A stretch of DNA of 63,839 nucleotides, counting the filler, from Intoshia linei (taxonomy: Eukaryota; Animalia; Orthonectida), in assembly GCA_001642005.1 (NCBI GenBank). It is 4 parts of 4 records of this genome, joined end to end, with 100 filler letters (N's around TTAATTAATTAA, not from the genome) between each part and the next. Parts side by side here need not be neighbours in the genome. Positions count along the whole stretch, not along the records: positions 1 to 28,281 come from LWCA01000433.1; positions 28,382 to 50,288 come from LWCA01000631.1; 2 more parts are not named here. One strand, given 5' to 3'. This document shows, in pieces, positions 15,401 to 29,934 of this stretch (positions are counted from its first letter, which is position 1; each line of letters begins with the position of its first letter). The position numbers were made by a program, and so were the translations under genes. The notes below the pieces were generated by a model. The model was not told where the DNA came from. It searched no databases and saw only the letters and a program-made list of their open reading frames with translations.

Positions 15401-17825
15401 TAAACCACAAAGAGAAGGAGGAAGTATATATTTAATGAATATTCTATAATTATTTATTATAATATTGAGCGTTTCCCAACATTTTCAACCTTGCGGCCCG
15501 GTAAGAGGTGTTAATTTACATTTTAACAGATATGTTAAACATAAAAAATGTTCATAGTAAAACAGTGGAAAAATTGCTATTTTGAATATATTTGTAGTTC
15601 CGAACTTACCAAGCTAGAAGCCACCGAAACTGAAAAATGCGCCCCAATTTTTTTCCAAACAATGCATAGTATTATATAGCTTTAACCAGCATCAAAGGCT
15701 CTTTAATACTAAATCTTGACGAATGAGGCCCATTTTATCAAAATTTCGTCGACACCACTGAAGAGGAGTCTCGGGTACGGTAGATTCTACACTGTATATT
15801 TTAAAGAGACATAGTCATTTTAATATCTTTTAAAAATTTGATATCAGACAGGTAAAAACTGTGCTGAGCGGTGATTTGGAAAGTGTCTAATCGCTATGAA
15901 TATACTTTCCAATATAACCTTAGCTTTTTTTGACTGATACAAAAAATTACAAGGCCTGTTGACTTAGCTGCTGCATTTAGATCATGGTCTCAATTATGCG
16001 GCCCGCGTTATAATATAAATTTTTTTTGTGCGGACCGCGTAATAATTTTTTTTCACATTTGGCCCGCCAAGCAAATTGAGTCTGACACCCCTAATTTAGA
16101 TGTTTTTTATTTAACATTATAATACAGTAGGGTATTTCAAAACCAGAATTTTATATAACAGCCGAAAAGGGATACCTCGTAACGTCATTATTCATGATGC
16201 TAGTGTCTTAATGAAAGGTTAGAAGGTGGTTAACAATATAAAAGTAACTATAATTATATTTTTTATTAATAATGTAAGAAATTTTATTAATTAAGGCTTA
16301 TTTAATTAATTTAATTATTAATGGGTTTATTTTTAAGTGATAGATCTTACATAGCAGACATGTTTAGCACGCTTTTCAATTGAACAAACAACATTTCATT
16401 GAACATACCCAGTCGATTTCAAAGCTATACAATTTTAACTTTAACCTTGTTAACTCTATGAAATCTATAACCTTTATGGCTTTTATCATATTAAATTTAA
16501 CTTTTAAGGTGTTGATTTGTTCATGTGTTAGAAAATACGTCAAGTGTGTATTTCTAACAATAAAACATACCTTTTTGTCATCACATTTATAGAACGGCAT
16601 AATCATCGATTTTATTAATCATTAAACGGGATTTTTTAAAATAACATTTTTTCATCCAAGTTTTAAAGATTTTAAAGAAAATTTTTCCAAAATTATCAAA
16701 TTATGATACTTTAAAATTAAAATATACTAAAATGACAAAAAGATGCCAATTTGAAAATTTAAATTAGAAAATGTTGAATATATTGAAGGGAATGTTCTCT
16801 TCACACCCCAAAAAAAAATTCGATAAAATACTTTAAATTTTTTATTATGATCTGGTTTCGATTCTAAAATTTGGCATCTCGATAAATCAATTACAACGTA
16901 ATTTTTTACTTAGATAACAATTATACTGGAGAAAGCTTGAAACAATTTTTGATGGAATTAAAGAGTCTAGAAAATTTTAATAAAAAAATGAAAAGTTTTA
17001 TTCTCATGAAAAAAATTGATTCACCTATTTCTCCATTTGATCATATTGAATTTGACAACTTTAAATATATTCTAGAAGACGGTATTAGTGAATTAGGAGT
17101 TTTTGGAACAATTATTAGGTTTCACCTTAATATAGTGCTTCCAGATTACGGTTTCTAACTAAACTAAACTATATGCATTAGACATTCAAAAAATTTATTT
17201 TAAAAATTTTAATTTTAGTTTATTTATAATATTTATTGTGGTTGCCAGATGTTGGGAATTTATACTTAAGCCTAGATTACAAAAATCCCACTTTTATTCC
17301 ACCATTAATAAAATATTATTTCAAAGAGTCAAGGAAAAACTCACTTGATCCGCAAAATAAAAAATTATTCTTTTAACATTTGATATCTAATTCTAATCAA
17401 CATATTAACTGATTGTGATTTTGATTGATTAATAATGACTAATTAATTTAAAACCAAATGGAAAAATTCTCTTTATGCAATAATTTTGAAAAAATAGATT
17501 TAGAAAAAAATCTATTGTTTCAAACTGATTTCATGGTTAGTGGATATAAAAAAGTAAATTTTAAAAATAAAATTTGATTTAAGCAAAAAAAGATTTTCAC
17601 ATTTAATGATAGGTCTATAAAAATAACAATTCTTGTTTACTTTTATTAATAAGTTTATTTTTAAAATTTCAGCATAGAATGAATTTTTAATTAATATAAT
17701 GTAGTAATGAAAAAGAAATCATATCGAATACAACAGGATATATATTAAGAACGAAACCAAAAAAAGCAACGGAAGGAGGAATAGTAGCAGGTTATTCGTT
17801 CCTCGACACAATGATATTACAATAA
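12494..17825 (+). CDS. GSS: Glutathione synthetase, 9 exons (12494-12793, 12855-13037, 13225-13307, 13829-13993, 14046-14115, 14196-14408, 15339-15423, 16914-17118, 17705-17825)
   Basis: Motifs RSDY, KQVEINTI, ELNIFDQ, YFRNGY, KPQREGG, SELGVFG, GYILRTK and EGGIVAG in the order of eukaryotic GSS; GT-AG junctions keep the frame. Confidence 0.93.
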
Positions 17826-17884
17826 AAATTAAATTAAAATTAATCGTGTATTGTTTACTAGTCATTTATATACAAATATTAAAG

Positions 17885-18217
<333 letters not shown>

Positions 18218-19474
18218 TCAAAAAATTATAAAAACACAAATTGTAAATATCTAACCTATTTAAACATTGATATATCAAATGGAATAAAATAAAATCGACA
18301 TTTTATTATGATTCGCTATTGATCATTTTTAAAACTTTTTTGAAAATTTTCAATTTTTAGTTGTCATATAAATATTTATTTGACTATTTTTAGGAATGAA
18401 ATTAAAAATTAGCAATGATAATTTTAAAAATAATGTTTTTACAGATTAGTTTTTTGTATGCAATTTCATCTCTTAAATTTATTTTTTGTATAAAAAAATA
18501 ATATTTTTGATATTATTTAATGTATTGAAATAATTTCCATTTGAATTTGGATTAATTTGTTTTTTAGTGCTTAGAATATAAATTATAAATTTTTCTAAAT
18601 TAACTGAACAATTTGTTGACTTTTTTGATATTTATATTTTAGGTTTTATTAATCTTTTTTACGGTAAAATAATGCTTAAAATTATTATAATTAATATAAT
18701 ATCCAAGTTCCTGTAATCCTGTAACTACTGTGCACCACGTGAATGGTATGCTACCTTATGGCATAAATTCATGGAAAATCACATAAATCAGTTTTTCCCA
18801 ACCTTTCTATGCTAGGTCCTACTTTCACTCCTAATAAATCCCAGTCCCCACTTCAAAAAATGAATGCATTCAATTCTTATCTAATATATATTTGCGCTGA
18901 CACAACGATTCAATTAAAAAAATTTATTTTTTTTATTAATTCAGCTAATCAAAACGGTCAAGCTAGCACAACATTTGAATTAATAAAATTAATATTAAAT
19001 TAAGTTAATTCATGATTATTAATAATAATAATAAGTTTTAATAATTTCGTGAAATTTCTCAAATGCCAATAGTGCATAGCCCCACGGTTAAGAAACACTC
19101 ATGTAGAGATTTTAAATTTTACTCTTCAAATTACGACAAACATAAATTACTTTTTGCTTATATTTACTTAGAAAATTATTAAAGATTAAAACATTTATCA
19201 TTACATTTTTAATGACAAATTGCAATTTGCAACAAATGTCATTTCATTTTTAATCTGTCCTCAATAAGTAATAAAGTAATAAACTTTATATTGAACTATA
19301 TAATATTGTAGGTAACATAGTAGTCTATTTACAGTTAAAGTTGTTATAACCACGCAATTTAGTGACGATGACACATCTGTTATGCACGCGCAAATATATA
19401 TTATATAAGAATTAAATGCATTCATTTTTTTCAGTATATTTTTGAAATAATTTTTACATCATAATTTCGAGATA

Positions 19475-19858
19475 ATGTCAGGACGAGGAAAATCTGGTAA
19501 ATCAAAAACATCCAAAACGAAATCAAGATCTTCTAAGGCAGGACTTCAGTTTCCTGTAGGTAGAATTCACCGACATTTACGAAAAGGTAATTTCGCGCCA
19601 AGAGTTGGAGCTGGAGCTCCAATTTACCTCGCCGCAGTGATGGAATACTTGGCTGCTGAGGTTCTTGAGTTAGCTGGTAATGCAGCACGAGACAATAAAA
19701 AGACCAGGATTATTCCAAGACACCTTCAACTTGCCATTAGGAATGACGAGGAATTAAACAGACTACTCAGTAAAATCACAATTAGTCAAGGTGGAGTTCT
19801 TCCTCACATCAACCCATCACTTGTTCCCAAAAAAGGCAAAACTACTGTGGCAGAATAA
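19475..19858 (+). CDS. H2A: Histone H2A, intronless, canonical type
   Basis: [53 protein letters not shown]; no C-terminal SQ(E/D)Y of H2A.X. Confidence 0.99.
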   Translation: MSGRGKSGKSKTSKTKSRSSKAGLQFPVGRIHRHLRKGNFAPRVGAGAPIYLAAVMEYLAAEVLELAGNAARDNKKTRIIPRHLQLAIRNDEELNRLLSKITISQGGVLPHINPSLVPKKGKTTVAE

Positions 19859-19870
19859 TTGGATAATGTG

Positions 19871-19876
19871 AATAAA
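19871..19876 (+). terminator. Putative polyadenylation signal of H2A
   Basis: AATAAA 12 nt after the stop, followed by T/GT-rich sequence; the AT-rich background weakens this. Confidence 0.5.
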
Positions 19877-20231
19877 TTCAAATACAAAATACTAATTTTT
19901 TTTACAGTGTTTTATTCGTTTACTATTTTTATTTTCTATGTATTGTTTTTATACTAGTCCATTTTACCGATTTCATCACTTATTGTAATCATTTCGTTCT
20001 CACATTCGTTTGCAAGGCCATATGAATTTTACATAAAATAGAATTGACAAATGTTGAAAATGAATATGGCACATAATTAAATTTTTGAGCAGCTTTATTA
20101 ACATTTTTTTGTTACTATTAAAAACTACTTTATGCGTTGTTCTTGTACTTTTTTATTCACGATGTAAAATATAATAGTCTGGATTTGAAACTAATTAAGA
20201 AAAAATTTAGATAGTATTATATAGTGTATGG

Positions 20232-20585
20232 TAGGAATTCTCAACGGGGTCCACAGCACTTTTGGACTTATGTCACGGAATTTATGAAAGTTACAGACAT
20301 TTTTTGTAACGTTGTCGTTTTTCCAAAAAAAAGTTGATTTTATTTTTATGAATGTTGATAGATATAGAAAGCAATTAACATTGAAGCTTTTTCGAAAAAA
20401 CTAACTTTATTCTGGTTAATTTCATAACAATATCTCCTCTTTGACAAATATTAATTTTGTTTCTATCTTTCTACAGTCTACCATGATGTACATGACCACC
20501 TGGATGTACTGGACTGGATAGGGTCTACAGGTTTTTTGTAATATCATCTTAGGGGTCCACAGCGAAAAAGGGCAGAGACTACCTG
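20232..20585. mobile_element. hAT-type MITE
   Basis: Perfect 8-bp TSD GTGTATGG (20224-20231 and 20586-20593); degenerate TIRs; related end sequence at about 90-145. Confidence 0.75.
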
Positions 20586-20604
20586 GTGTATGGTACTGAA
20601 ATAT

Positions 20605-23600
20605 TTATTGAATTTTTAACAAGGTGTATTCATTGCAACCATGAATAATAATGGATTTGTCTTTTGTCCACTGAAGTCTGCTCGCCTGAAATTTACCTTC
20701 ATGTGGAACTTCAGCTGACACAACTTGTTCAGTTGTCCATATATACACTTTATTATTGAAAGAACACATTGCCAGATAATTAGATATGTCGTTCCATTTT
20801 ATTTCTAAAATACAGAAAAAAAAATATTAATCAAAATATAAAACAGATGGGGAACCCTTCACTACATTATTATAATGTTTAGATATTAAAGTGTAAAGGT
20901 ACCTTTGACGTTATTTTTTAGTATTATTACAGTGTGTAACTCAAGATTGTATATAGACCAAATCCAAATAATTTTCGGAGTTTGTTCTAAATGTAATAAT
21001 TAACCTTTGAAAATTAATAATATACCATAGAAAGAAAAAATTAAATTAGAATCATAACTAAAACCAATCGATGACACTGGCCATTTAGAGGAAAGTAAAT
21101 TTATTTCATCTGACGTTATTTTGTGGGCTTTATCTCGAATAACTAAATATTAAAAAATTTTATAATGAAAAACAAAAGTACATTTAGATGGTGGTTCAAT
21201 CATTCTTCCGTTAACGGTAGGAATACCTGATGCAACTGTTTCTTTATAGACAATCTAAATAAAAATGAATTAATTTGAAACGTGAAGTGTATAATTTAAA
21301 AACTAAAAACATGTAGTACTTATATTAATTAGATTATCATATTTAAAAAATTATCAACCGTTTCAGATAATTTTGGTAAATTAGTATTGTGTTCAAAAGT
21401 ATGTAACAAAATCCACGTTAAAGTATTGAATAGCTTTATCTAAATAAAATCTAACGAGTAAATTGAATAACAAATACTTGATTGGAATAAGAACCAATAA
21501 TCAGCAATTCACCAGTTCTATTCCATTCAATTTTTTTTATTCCAGGAATCATGCTTCCAGGGGAATAACGATATATCAAACTACCAACAGTATTGTAAAC
21601 AAACATGTCGTACTAATTAAAAATATTTTTTTAAAATACAAATGTATCAAACCTGAATACAATGATCCCAAACTACAATATAGGGATCAGTAGGTGACCA
21701 TTTAAATCCAACAGTATCAAATGAATCGATTTTAAAAGTCTAAATAAAAATTAGATTATTCATTAAAATATCTTTCAATACATTCATTAGGGTCCAATTG
21801 CACGTTACAAATATACCCAAATAATCATGGTGGTTTTTTCGTTCCGCCACAACCATTAGACTTCCATCTTTATTGAATTCGAAAGCTACGTTTATGAACA
21901 ATTAACAGTTTTTAAAATAAAATATCAATATATTACGTTTTTCAATGTTTTTAGGGTTTTTTATGTATAAAACAGATTTTGATGTTATTGACCATATAGT
22001 CAGTTGAAGCTAAATGTTAAAAGATGAACAATATAATAGATTTCATCATTATCCTGCTAAATTTATAATGGGAAGTATTTTATTTGTCAGTATTTTAGTA
22101 TTAAAATTTTCAGTATTTTCAACAAAAATTGTCAGTAATAAAATTAAAAATATTTAAAGTACTAACAAAAAAATCTTTTTACTGCCCTTCCAATTAAAAT
22201 ACTGACACCTAAAACACTGATAATTTAATATTTTTACTGACAAACTATTTAAAATACTGACGCAATAAATACAAGCCATTTATAATCATACATTTTATAA
22301 ATTAATCATATTTTAATTTTTACACTCAATTTTAAAAAATTTTAAAGATAATTTTGGGACCAAAATTTTATAGGGGTTTTTAAGGGAAGTTTTTTTCACC
22401 CACTTTTTAAAAATTTTGAATATAATTTGGGTGTCAAGATGTGATTGGGTTTTTGAAGTAAATGTCTATTTTAAATTGACACATTGATTAGAAATGACAC
22501 AAAAAATTTTTTTTATTGGAAACAAAAAGAAGCTCGATACGCAAACTATTTCTGCAAAGTCATATAAAAATATTATTGTTAATAAAAGAAAGTCAACCAA
22601 AATAAAAAATAACCTAAATTCAAAAAATCCTGTTAAATAGAACTTTTACTATATCATAAATTATTAAAATATCAAAAATTAGATTAAACATTAGATAAAT
22701 GTTTGCGGGTGATAATCTTGAAAAAATTAATTTTTTTTATTATAGGCGGCGATGGAACAAAAAAGGTTAAGAATGCCAGGGTTAGATTAGACAAAGGAAC
22801 CAATTTTTAAAGTGTCTAGACTCTAGAGTAAAGTGTATTACAATGTTAATTCATCTCGATCACTGTTGACTCTATACAGCTCTAGCATATAAAGTATGGC
22901 TAGAGATTAACTGATTATTATATCACAATAAAATACATTCAAATCAGAAGTAGATATGATATTTCGTCCATTAGGAGCCCAACAAACTGATTTTAATCCA
23001 AATGATCCTTCGTCGATTTTACATCTCCAATTTGTATCTTCAACAGACCAAACTTGGATTATTCCACGTTGGTATAATCCGCATAATATAAATTTCGAAT
23101 CACTGGACCACTAAAAATGTGATTTAAATAAATTGTTTAGAATATATTATGATACAGATACTTTGCATTTTAAAAAAAATGGCATTGTATTAGTAGAGTT
23201 GAAAATCCCAACATGGCATCAATAATATAGTTATTTTAACAACAATTTGATTTATCCAATTTTAGCCACAAAAAATAGATTTGTGTTAAATATTATTTAA
23301 AACACAAGGAAATATAGTAGTAGTTCCCGATTGGGGTCCCAGCACACCTTTGGATCCGAAACTATGGGTCCGTGAGATTCAAATAGAATATTCAAAAAAT
23401 TTTATCAACATTTTGCATATTTTTATATAAGAAATGTTAATAATTATTAGAGTTGCCAGATGTTGGAAATTTATCCGAAAGCCTAGAAGACGTCACATTA
23501 TTATTACAAAAATCCCACTTTTATCCCACCATTAATAAAATTTAACAAAAAATACCATTTCATTCACATTCATTTTTTGAACAACAACTTATTAATCCGA

Positions 23601-24716
23601 AACCCAAAATAAAAAATCTAATTGAACCACCTTAACAAATATACACGCTAAAGTGAAAAATCCCTTTTCCAAAATTTTTTTGAAAAAATCGATTTTACCA
23701 AATTTTTTGAGCAACAACTTATTAATTTAAAATACAAAATTAAAAATCGAATTTTATTAACTTAAGGGAAAAATCCCTTTTCCCAATATTTTTTTGAAAA
23801 AATATATTTTACCAAATCTTATGAGAAAAATCTTCAATTTTTTCATAAATTGTTTATATTTCATTTTTTGTTTGGGGTCCAAAAAATAATATTTTGAAAT
23901 GGGGGTCCGTATACTATTTTAATCGGAACCACTGATATAGAGGAAAGTAGATTTTCTTGGTATTTGATTAAGTTAACAACTTAAATTATCTTCCACATAA
24001 TTATAACCATAAAACAAGACATATATAAAAGAATGTATTCAATACACCCTTTCTCCTTTGAAATAAAAATTTTTTTTTGAAAAGTTTTATTAAACTGTTT
24101 TTTAATCGGCGGTAGACATATTACCGTTAGAAGATACTGTTTTCTTTTTCTGACATAGAAAAAAAATTGAGATGCGTGAATTTAGATTTATGTTATGTGC
24201 CATTATAGAATCCCACATTTTTGAAATTGGTCTACAAGTAAGAGGGCATCATTCGGCCATTTAAAAGGATCTGAAACAAAATCAAAATACAATAATTTTC
24301 TCAATGGAATTAAAACGGTCACAAAAAAATATCCAAAGCAAATTAATCGAATAAATTACCTCTATATATTGTATAATATCAACACAGGGAAATAAATGAT
24401 GAATAGTAAGTCCTTTATAGTCTCTAATAATAATTCTATAATCGCAAGTTGAAGCCTAAATTAAAAGAATCAGTTGTAGATAAAAAATATGTAATTAAGA
24501 CTAATTAGATTCAGAATTTACTTTAATAACTATTGGTTGGGTAAGGTTAGAATTAAAAATAAAATTTAAATATTTTCCATATTTAAAATTTCTAATTGAT
24601 ACAAATTAAATAAAAGCATGAAAATATGAAAATAATAAAATAATTACTATAAATTTTTTATTCGGAGAACATTTTGATGAAAATTGAGATTCTTTTATCA
24701 ATTCTGAAAATTTCAT
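20605..24716 (-). CDS. WRAP73: WD repeat protein WRAP73/WDR8 (multi-exon)
   Basis: Exons give MKFSELIK..KCSPNKKFI|ASTCDYRIIIRD..CVDIIQYIE|WSSDSKFILCGLYQRGIIQVWSVE..WRCKIDEGSFGL..CWAPNGRNII|LQLTIWSI..LYIKNPK, collinear with WRAP73; last exon ends TAA at 20605-20607. Confidence 0.92.
22070..22277. mobile_element. Mutator-like foldback MITE in a WRAP73 intron
   Basis: Perfect 9-bp TSD ATTTATAAT (22061-22069 and 22278-22286); GG..CC ends; inverted arrays of cagtatttt/aaaatactg. Confidence 0.7.
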
Positions 24717-25016
24717 CACTTGAAATTATAAAAATGCTGTGACAACTAACTGTACAATGGTAAAGTTATTTATAAACAAAAATATGCCTTGAAAAAGTAA
24801 ATACTCCTGAAAATGCCGTATTTACCACCAAACTTGCTTCTAAAATGATTTAAAACAGTTTATTACAACACTATAAAATTACAGATCTAGAGGTCCGAAT
24901 ACCTCAATTTAAAAATTACGGATCTATACGCTCAATTAAAAATAAACATAAAATTTATTATTTTTGTAAATACATATACAAATGTATAATACAAAGTAGA
25001 ATATACAATCTACAAA

Positions 25017-26473
25017 TTATTCTATAATTTTATTATAACAAATAACTTGCAAGCTAACTTTTTGATAATACTCTGGATCCAGTGTAATATTTTGTATTAC
25101 ATCAAAAAGTAAATGTGCTTTTCCAGCATAATGGGAGCCAGAACAGCTGTCAATATTTTCAAAATGTACATGAAAATGATAATAAGATGGATTATAATGT
25201 ATGTATATTCTCTGTTTTTCTTTTTCTAAGCCATGTTTTCGATAAATTGCATCCTAAAATATATTTTTATAAAAATATAAAAAATTGCGAAAACTGTAAA
25301 ATGTATAAAACTTACTGATCCTTCGTTAAAAATTGTGGTAAGTAAATTGAGGTGATCACCCGTTAAATCCCGTAAACAAGTAATAGATATATCTTTTACT
25401 AAAGCCATGTAATATATATCGTTATAAGTTTCTTTATCCCATTTTAAATCGGGAAGTAGTATCATTTCATCGTTTTCTAATATTATTGTTTCTGATTCAG
25501 CAGTATGATTTAAAATATTATCAATCCACTCCAAACCCAATCTACCCAAATGTTTATCTTTACTTTCTAGATAATCATCATATGATTCATTTATTAATTT
25601 CATATCAGATTTAGTATATTTCTTCAAATGAGATTTTTTTATTGGGTATACAACCAAGGCTTTCATGGCTAAAATAATTTATTAATATTGATTTAAATGT
25701 ATAAGCTAAATCTCAATTTCATATTCACTTTCGTTACAAAAACGGTCATTCTAAAACCTCAAACGTAAAGATGTTAAAAATTTTTTGTAATTTTGATAAA
25801 GATAAAGAAAATTAAATTAAAATTGATTAAAACAGTTGAATATCTCAAATTTTATATAATTAAGTATAGATGAAATCAAAGGAATGTTAATTAAAAAATA
25901 TTTCAGAAATGTTTTTTATTAATAAAATTTGTATTGACTAAGTGGTCACTTTTGAGAGGGAACTGTAACCGAAATATATGTCGTATAGAATGTGTAAAAT
26001 TTTAATTTTAGTTTATTTTTGAGTTAAGAAATTTTTTTAGAAGCAAACTTAGACTTAGACAAACTTAAAAGTTTTTTAAGAAAAACTTGCCAGTGGAATA
26101 AATATAATAACAATTAACATTAAGAATCATCATTATCAATATAAATTATATTAAAATGTAAATTACACATGGGAATTTCGCTAATTATCGAATATTTCAA
26201 AAATTCCATATTTTCATGTGTGTTTTTTTCAAACCTGCATTTCTTTAATAATGTTTCAATGTCCATAGTGTCAAAATTATTCTGTAATGTTATTGACAGA
26301 ATTAATGGGCCTTCATAATAACCTGCTTTATTCTTCATTTCCCCCTTCAAAATGATAAAATCTCGTCCTTTGTTCATTACTTTAAGTAGTTTGAATGTGT
26401 TTAATTTATAGATTTGTTTAGGTTTCCTTTTATACGGAATGCAAAAACTGAACAATTTAGAAATTGATTCCAT
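25017..26473 (-). CDS. DCPS: Scavenger decapping enzyme DcpS (m7GpppX diphosphatase), 3 exons (26473-26167, 25668-25316, 25253-25017)
   Basis: LEWIDNIL, LLPDLKWD, ITCLRDLT, then IYIHYNPSYYHFHVHF (HIT triad) and GKAHLL..YYQK after splicing. Confidence 0.93.
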
Positions 26474-26946
26474 TTTTATTGTAAATTAATGTAATACCGG
26501 TTAAAATTTTAAAATAAATGTAAATTTATAATAATCACTTAGACAACGTTGATGTGAAGCTATAATGACGTTTTGTTTTGAAGACTTGGTCCAAGTTGTA
26601 AATCTTACATTAAATAATTCATTTATAGTTTTGTTAACCACTTAGTTATATAAATAATGGGTCTTATTTGGTTTAGCCAAAAATTTGAAATAATTAACGA
26701 TCTTACAATTAAAAAAAACATTATTCTGATAATTCTGATTATTCAGATTATTCTAATACAGCTTATTTCAGTTGATATAAATACAAAATTGCAACCCCAG
26801 AAATCTATGCAGTGCCGGCAAAAAATAATCATCCTACCATATAAAAAAAAAAGTGCAAAAATGATTGTATAGTATTTATAAAGATGGCATAGCAATACGT
26901 GTGAAATTAACCCCGTTTTGGGGTAAAAATGTTGTAAATGTATTTA

Positions 26947-27351
26947 CAGTAAAATATGCGTTATAACAACACTCGTTATAATAACAACTTGGTAATAAAT
27001 TTTGATTTTAATAGTACATACATAGAAAAAGCACATTCGTAATAAATTATATAAATATATTATTAAATCTATAATTATAATATAGATAAACAGGTAAACA
27101 TTGATGGCATCAACATTCGCAGAATGGTTGAAGAAAAATGTCGATAATATTTACATTGTACAATCTCCTTTTATCAGCAGACAATACTACTACCGATTTA
27201 TTTAAAAAATTGCAGATATACAACATTTTTTGTTAAATAATTGTGATCAATAAAAAATGTAAAAAGTAGAATATTAAATTTGCTACAATAACATTCGTTA
27301 TAATATATATAACAACTGTTTTATTTTTTTATTATAACGCATAGTTTACTG
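26947..27351. mobile_element. pogo/Tigger-like MITE
   Basis: 20-bp imperfect TIRs CAGTAAAATATGCGTTATAA and TTATAACGCATAGTTTACTG, flanked by TA on both sides. Confidence 0.75.
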
Positions 27352-28281
27352 TATATATTAGGGGTGTAAGTTTTTGCTATTTTTTTCGAAAATGCAAAAG
27401 TACACCAACACACGTTAAGGAGCCGGTTGAGTAGTACATAATTAAAAAAAATATTAAAAAAAGATTAAAAAAACGTTGGAGCTGACCACTTCAAAATTGG
27501 AATAATTGAACATTATTATCATATTTCATATAGTAAATTTCATAGTTATGAATAATCGTCATAACAATTAATTTTTAATTTTTGTGAAATTCGGTTAAAT
27601 TGAAGTTTCTCAACAGAATCTAAATAATTATCAAATCAGCATTTATGCTTCGCTACAATGTACGATTGTGCATTTTTTGAAACTAATAATATAAGAATTG
27701 ATCAATAGTAACCAATTAAAAATTAATTTTTCATATAACACGAATATATATTTATTTTTTTGAAATTTTGTGATTTTAATTTTACAGCATTTTAATATTT
27801 TTCAATAATTGACTTTCTAAATATTATAATGTACATATTATTAGATCTATGGTTTTGTAATGCGTACAAACGTGGATAACTCGATTGAGGCCTCATCTTT
27901 TCATTTCGTATTTTTTTAATATTATAATATTGAAGTTTCAACTGATATGAATAGAATTGAAAATAACGAATAAAATTAAGGTTTATCAATTTAATAAGTT
28001 CGATTCGTTACTTGAGTTAAAAGTATTATTTGGAGATTAATAATAATAATAATAAAGGTGCTACAATTAATCCCTATATGAATTACAAGTGATTTCCTTA
28101 TTAGTTTTTACTCCTTTCTAAATATTGGAATATTCAAACGTCTTATATTTAAAGAACTAATAAAAAATTTTAAATAAAATTGAGATGATCGACAAATTTT
28201 TATTAACATAATACTAATAAAATAATGTAATTGCCAGTCTAGTACAGTATATAATAAACAAATATCATTATGAAAAAGATT

Positions 28282-28381
28282 NNNNNNNNNNNNNNNNNNN
28301 NNNNNNNNNNNNNNNNNNNNNNNNNTTAATTAATTAANNNNNNNNNNNNNNNNNNNNNNNNNNNNNNNNNNNNNNNNNNNN
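28282..28381. other. Artificial scaffold spacer (Ns around TTAATTAATTAA)
   Basis: The same 100-bp construct recurs at 50289-50388 and 60808-60907; the 12-mer has stops in all six frames. Confidence 0.95.
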
Positions 28382-28505
28382 TTCGTATGTTGATAGCATC
28401 TTTGCCATAAACATTACATATATTTTCATTAGTTTTCGATACGCTATGCCCCATATGAAACTCATAAAGTAAAATATGTCTGATATGATTATCATAATCA
28501 TCCAA
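28382..28505 (-). mobile_element. mariner transposase N-terminal HTH fragment
   Basis: HIRHILLYEFHMGHSVSKTNENICNVYGKDAI matches the Mos1/Hsmar-type first HTH; truncated by the gap. Confidence 0.8.
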
Positions 28506-29611
28506 CTTGTTGTATCCTGTTAACACACACAAAAAAATTGAATCTGAATAAGTGACGCCTTCACGGTCAAAGAAGCATTATTTTATATTTCGAAACTATT
28601 TTATTAAAACAAAAAATTTAAAATAATTAACGGTTCTACAATTTAAATAAAAATTTTCTGATACAGCTTATTCCAGTTGATATAAAACAAAATTTCAATC
28701 CCAGAAATCTACGCATTTCCGTGAAAAATAATTTTTAATATATTATCAACCAACATTTCTAAAATGTTTGGAATTCAAAATTTAGATTAAAATTGAAAAT
28801 CTACAAAATTCAAACCTCAGATTTAAAGTTTAAGACCCACTAATGTAAATCATAGATTTGAAATTAATTCATTAGAACTATCGACTGTATTTGTTTATTT
28901 TTATCGTTTTTGCTTTTACATGGGACAGTTTTTCGAGTTTTACGGTATAAATTTGGCTCAGTATTATAATTTTATTGATATTTATTTTTTATAACTCATA
29001 ATTTGATGAATTCTTCTAATTTCTTTCTGATCTAAATTATATTAATTACATTGAAATCGTAATTGATTCTTATTATCATAAGTAATAAAAGTTTAATTAT
29101 ACAGGTACGTGTATGTATAATTAACTACTAATTAAAATTGATACTTTTCTAAACCAAATCATGTTTTTATTTTACAATTTTTAGTAAAATTATATTACTC
29201 AATTTACATTTGTTAGACAAGGGTTGCTTGTATTCATTTGATAAATTGAAAATGTGTCCATTGTGAGTGAAGAAATATATTCAAGAGTCATGATTCATGA
29301 CTGATTATTTTAAAATATTATGTAAATTTCTAAAGATGTGTGAACTTTTAAATAATGGGTTGTCATTTATTCATTTTAAAAACGGGGTGCTTTTGCATAA
29401 ATTGTATTAATCATAATTGTCATTTTAAACGATAAAACTAGATCATTTTAGTATTGAAAATTATATAATTGATAAAGCAATATGACATGAAACGTAAGTT
29501 GAAATAAAGTGACTGTCATATTATGCCTATTTGGTTTACTTTTTCCCCAATGTCTCACTAATCTATTTTTATTGATTTTTTTAAAATTGATACATTTATA
29601 TTGAATTTTAG

Positions 29612-29934
29612 CTGGAGAGGCTGAACATTTTCAGTACTGGTGACAGTTCAAAGGAGGATAGTGAATCAACCAATTTGAATATGCGGAAAGTATTGAGTGG
29701 TTTAAGAGACGTTGTTGAAAATAATATTTTCAACTTGACCCTAATCCTCAACGACCCAACCGGAAATAGTTACATACAGGTAATTGCTGCTAGCCCATAA
29801 TTCGGTTAATTTTGTTAATTTAGTTTCTGGATGAAACTGGACATGACGAAAATTTATCAATAGAATTGTATGATAGAACCGATGAAGAAAATGAAACTTT
29901 CGGTTTGAATCACAATCCAGACGAATCTAATTAA
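29612..29934 (+). CDS. ZPR1: Zinc finger protein ZPR1, last two exons (29612-29779, 29824-29934)
   Basis: FSTGDSS..LTLILNDPTGNSYIQ|..LSIELYDRTDEENETFGLN* matches the ZPR1 C-terminal domain (DDPAGNSYLQ..Y.RT..QNEELGLN); 44-bp GT-AG intron. Confidence 0.85.

Noticed and set aside
16376-16606. Overlapping ORFs on both strands in a GSS intron
   Set aside because: No recognisable protein or splice support.
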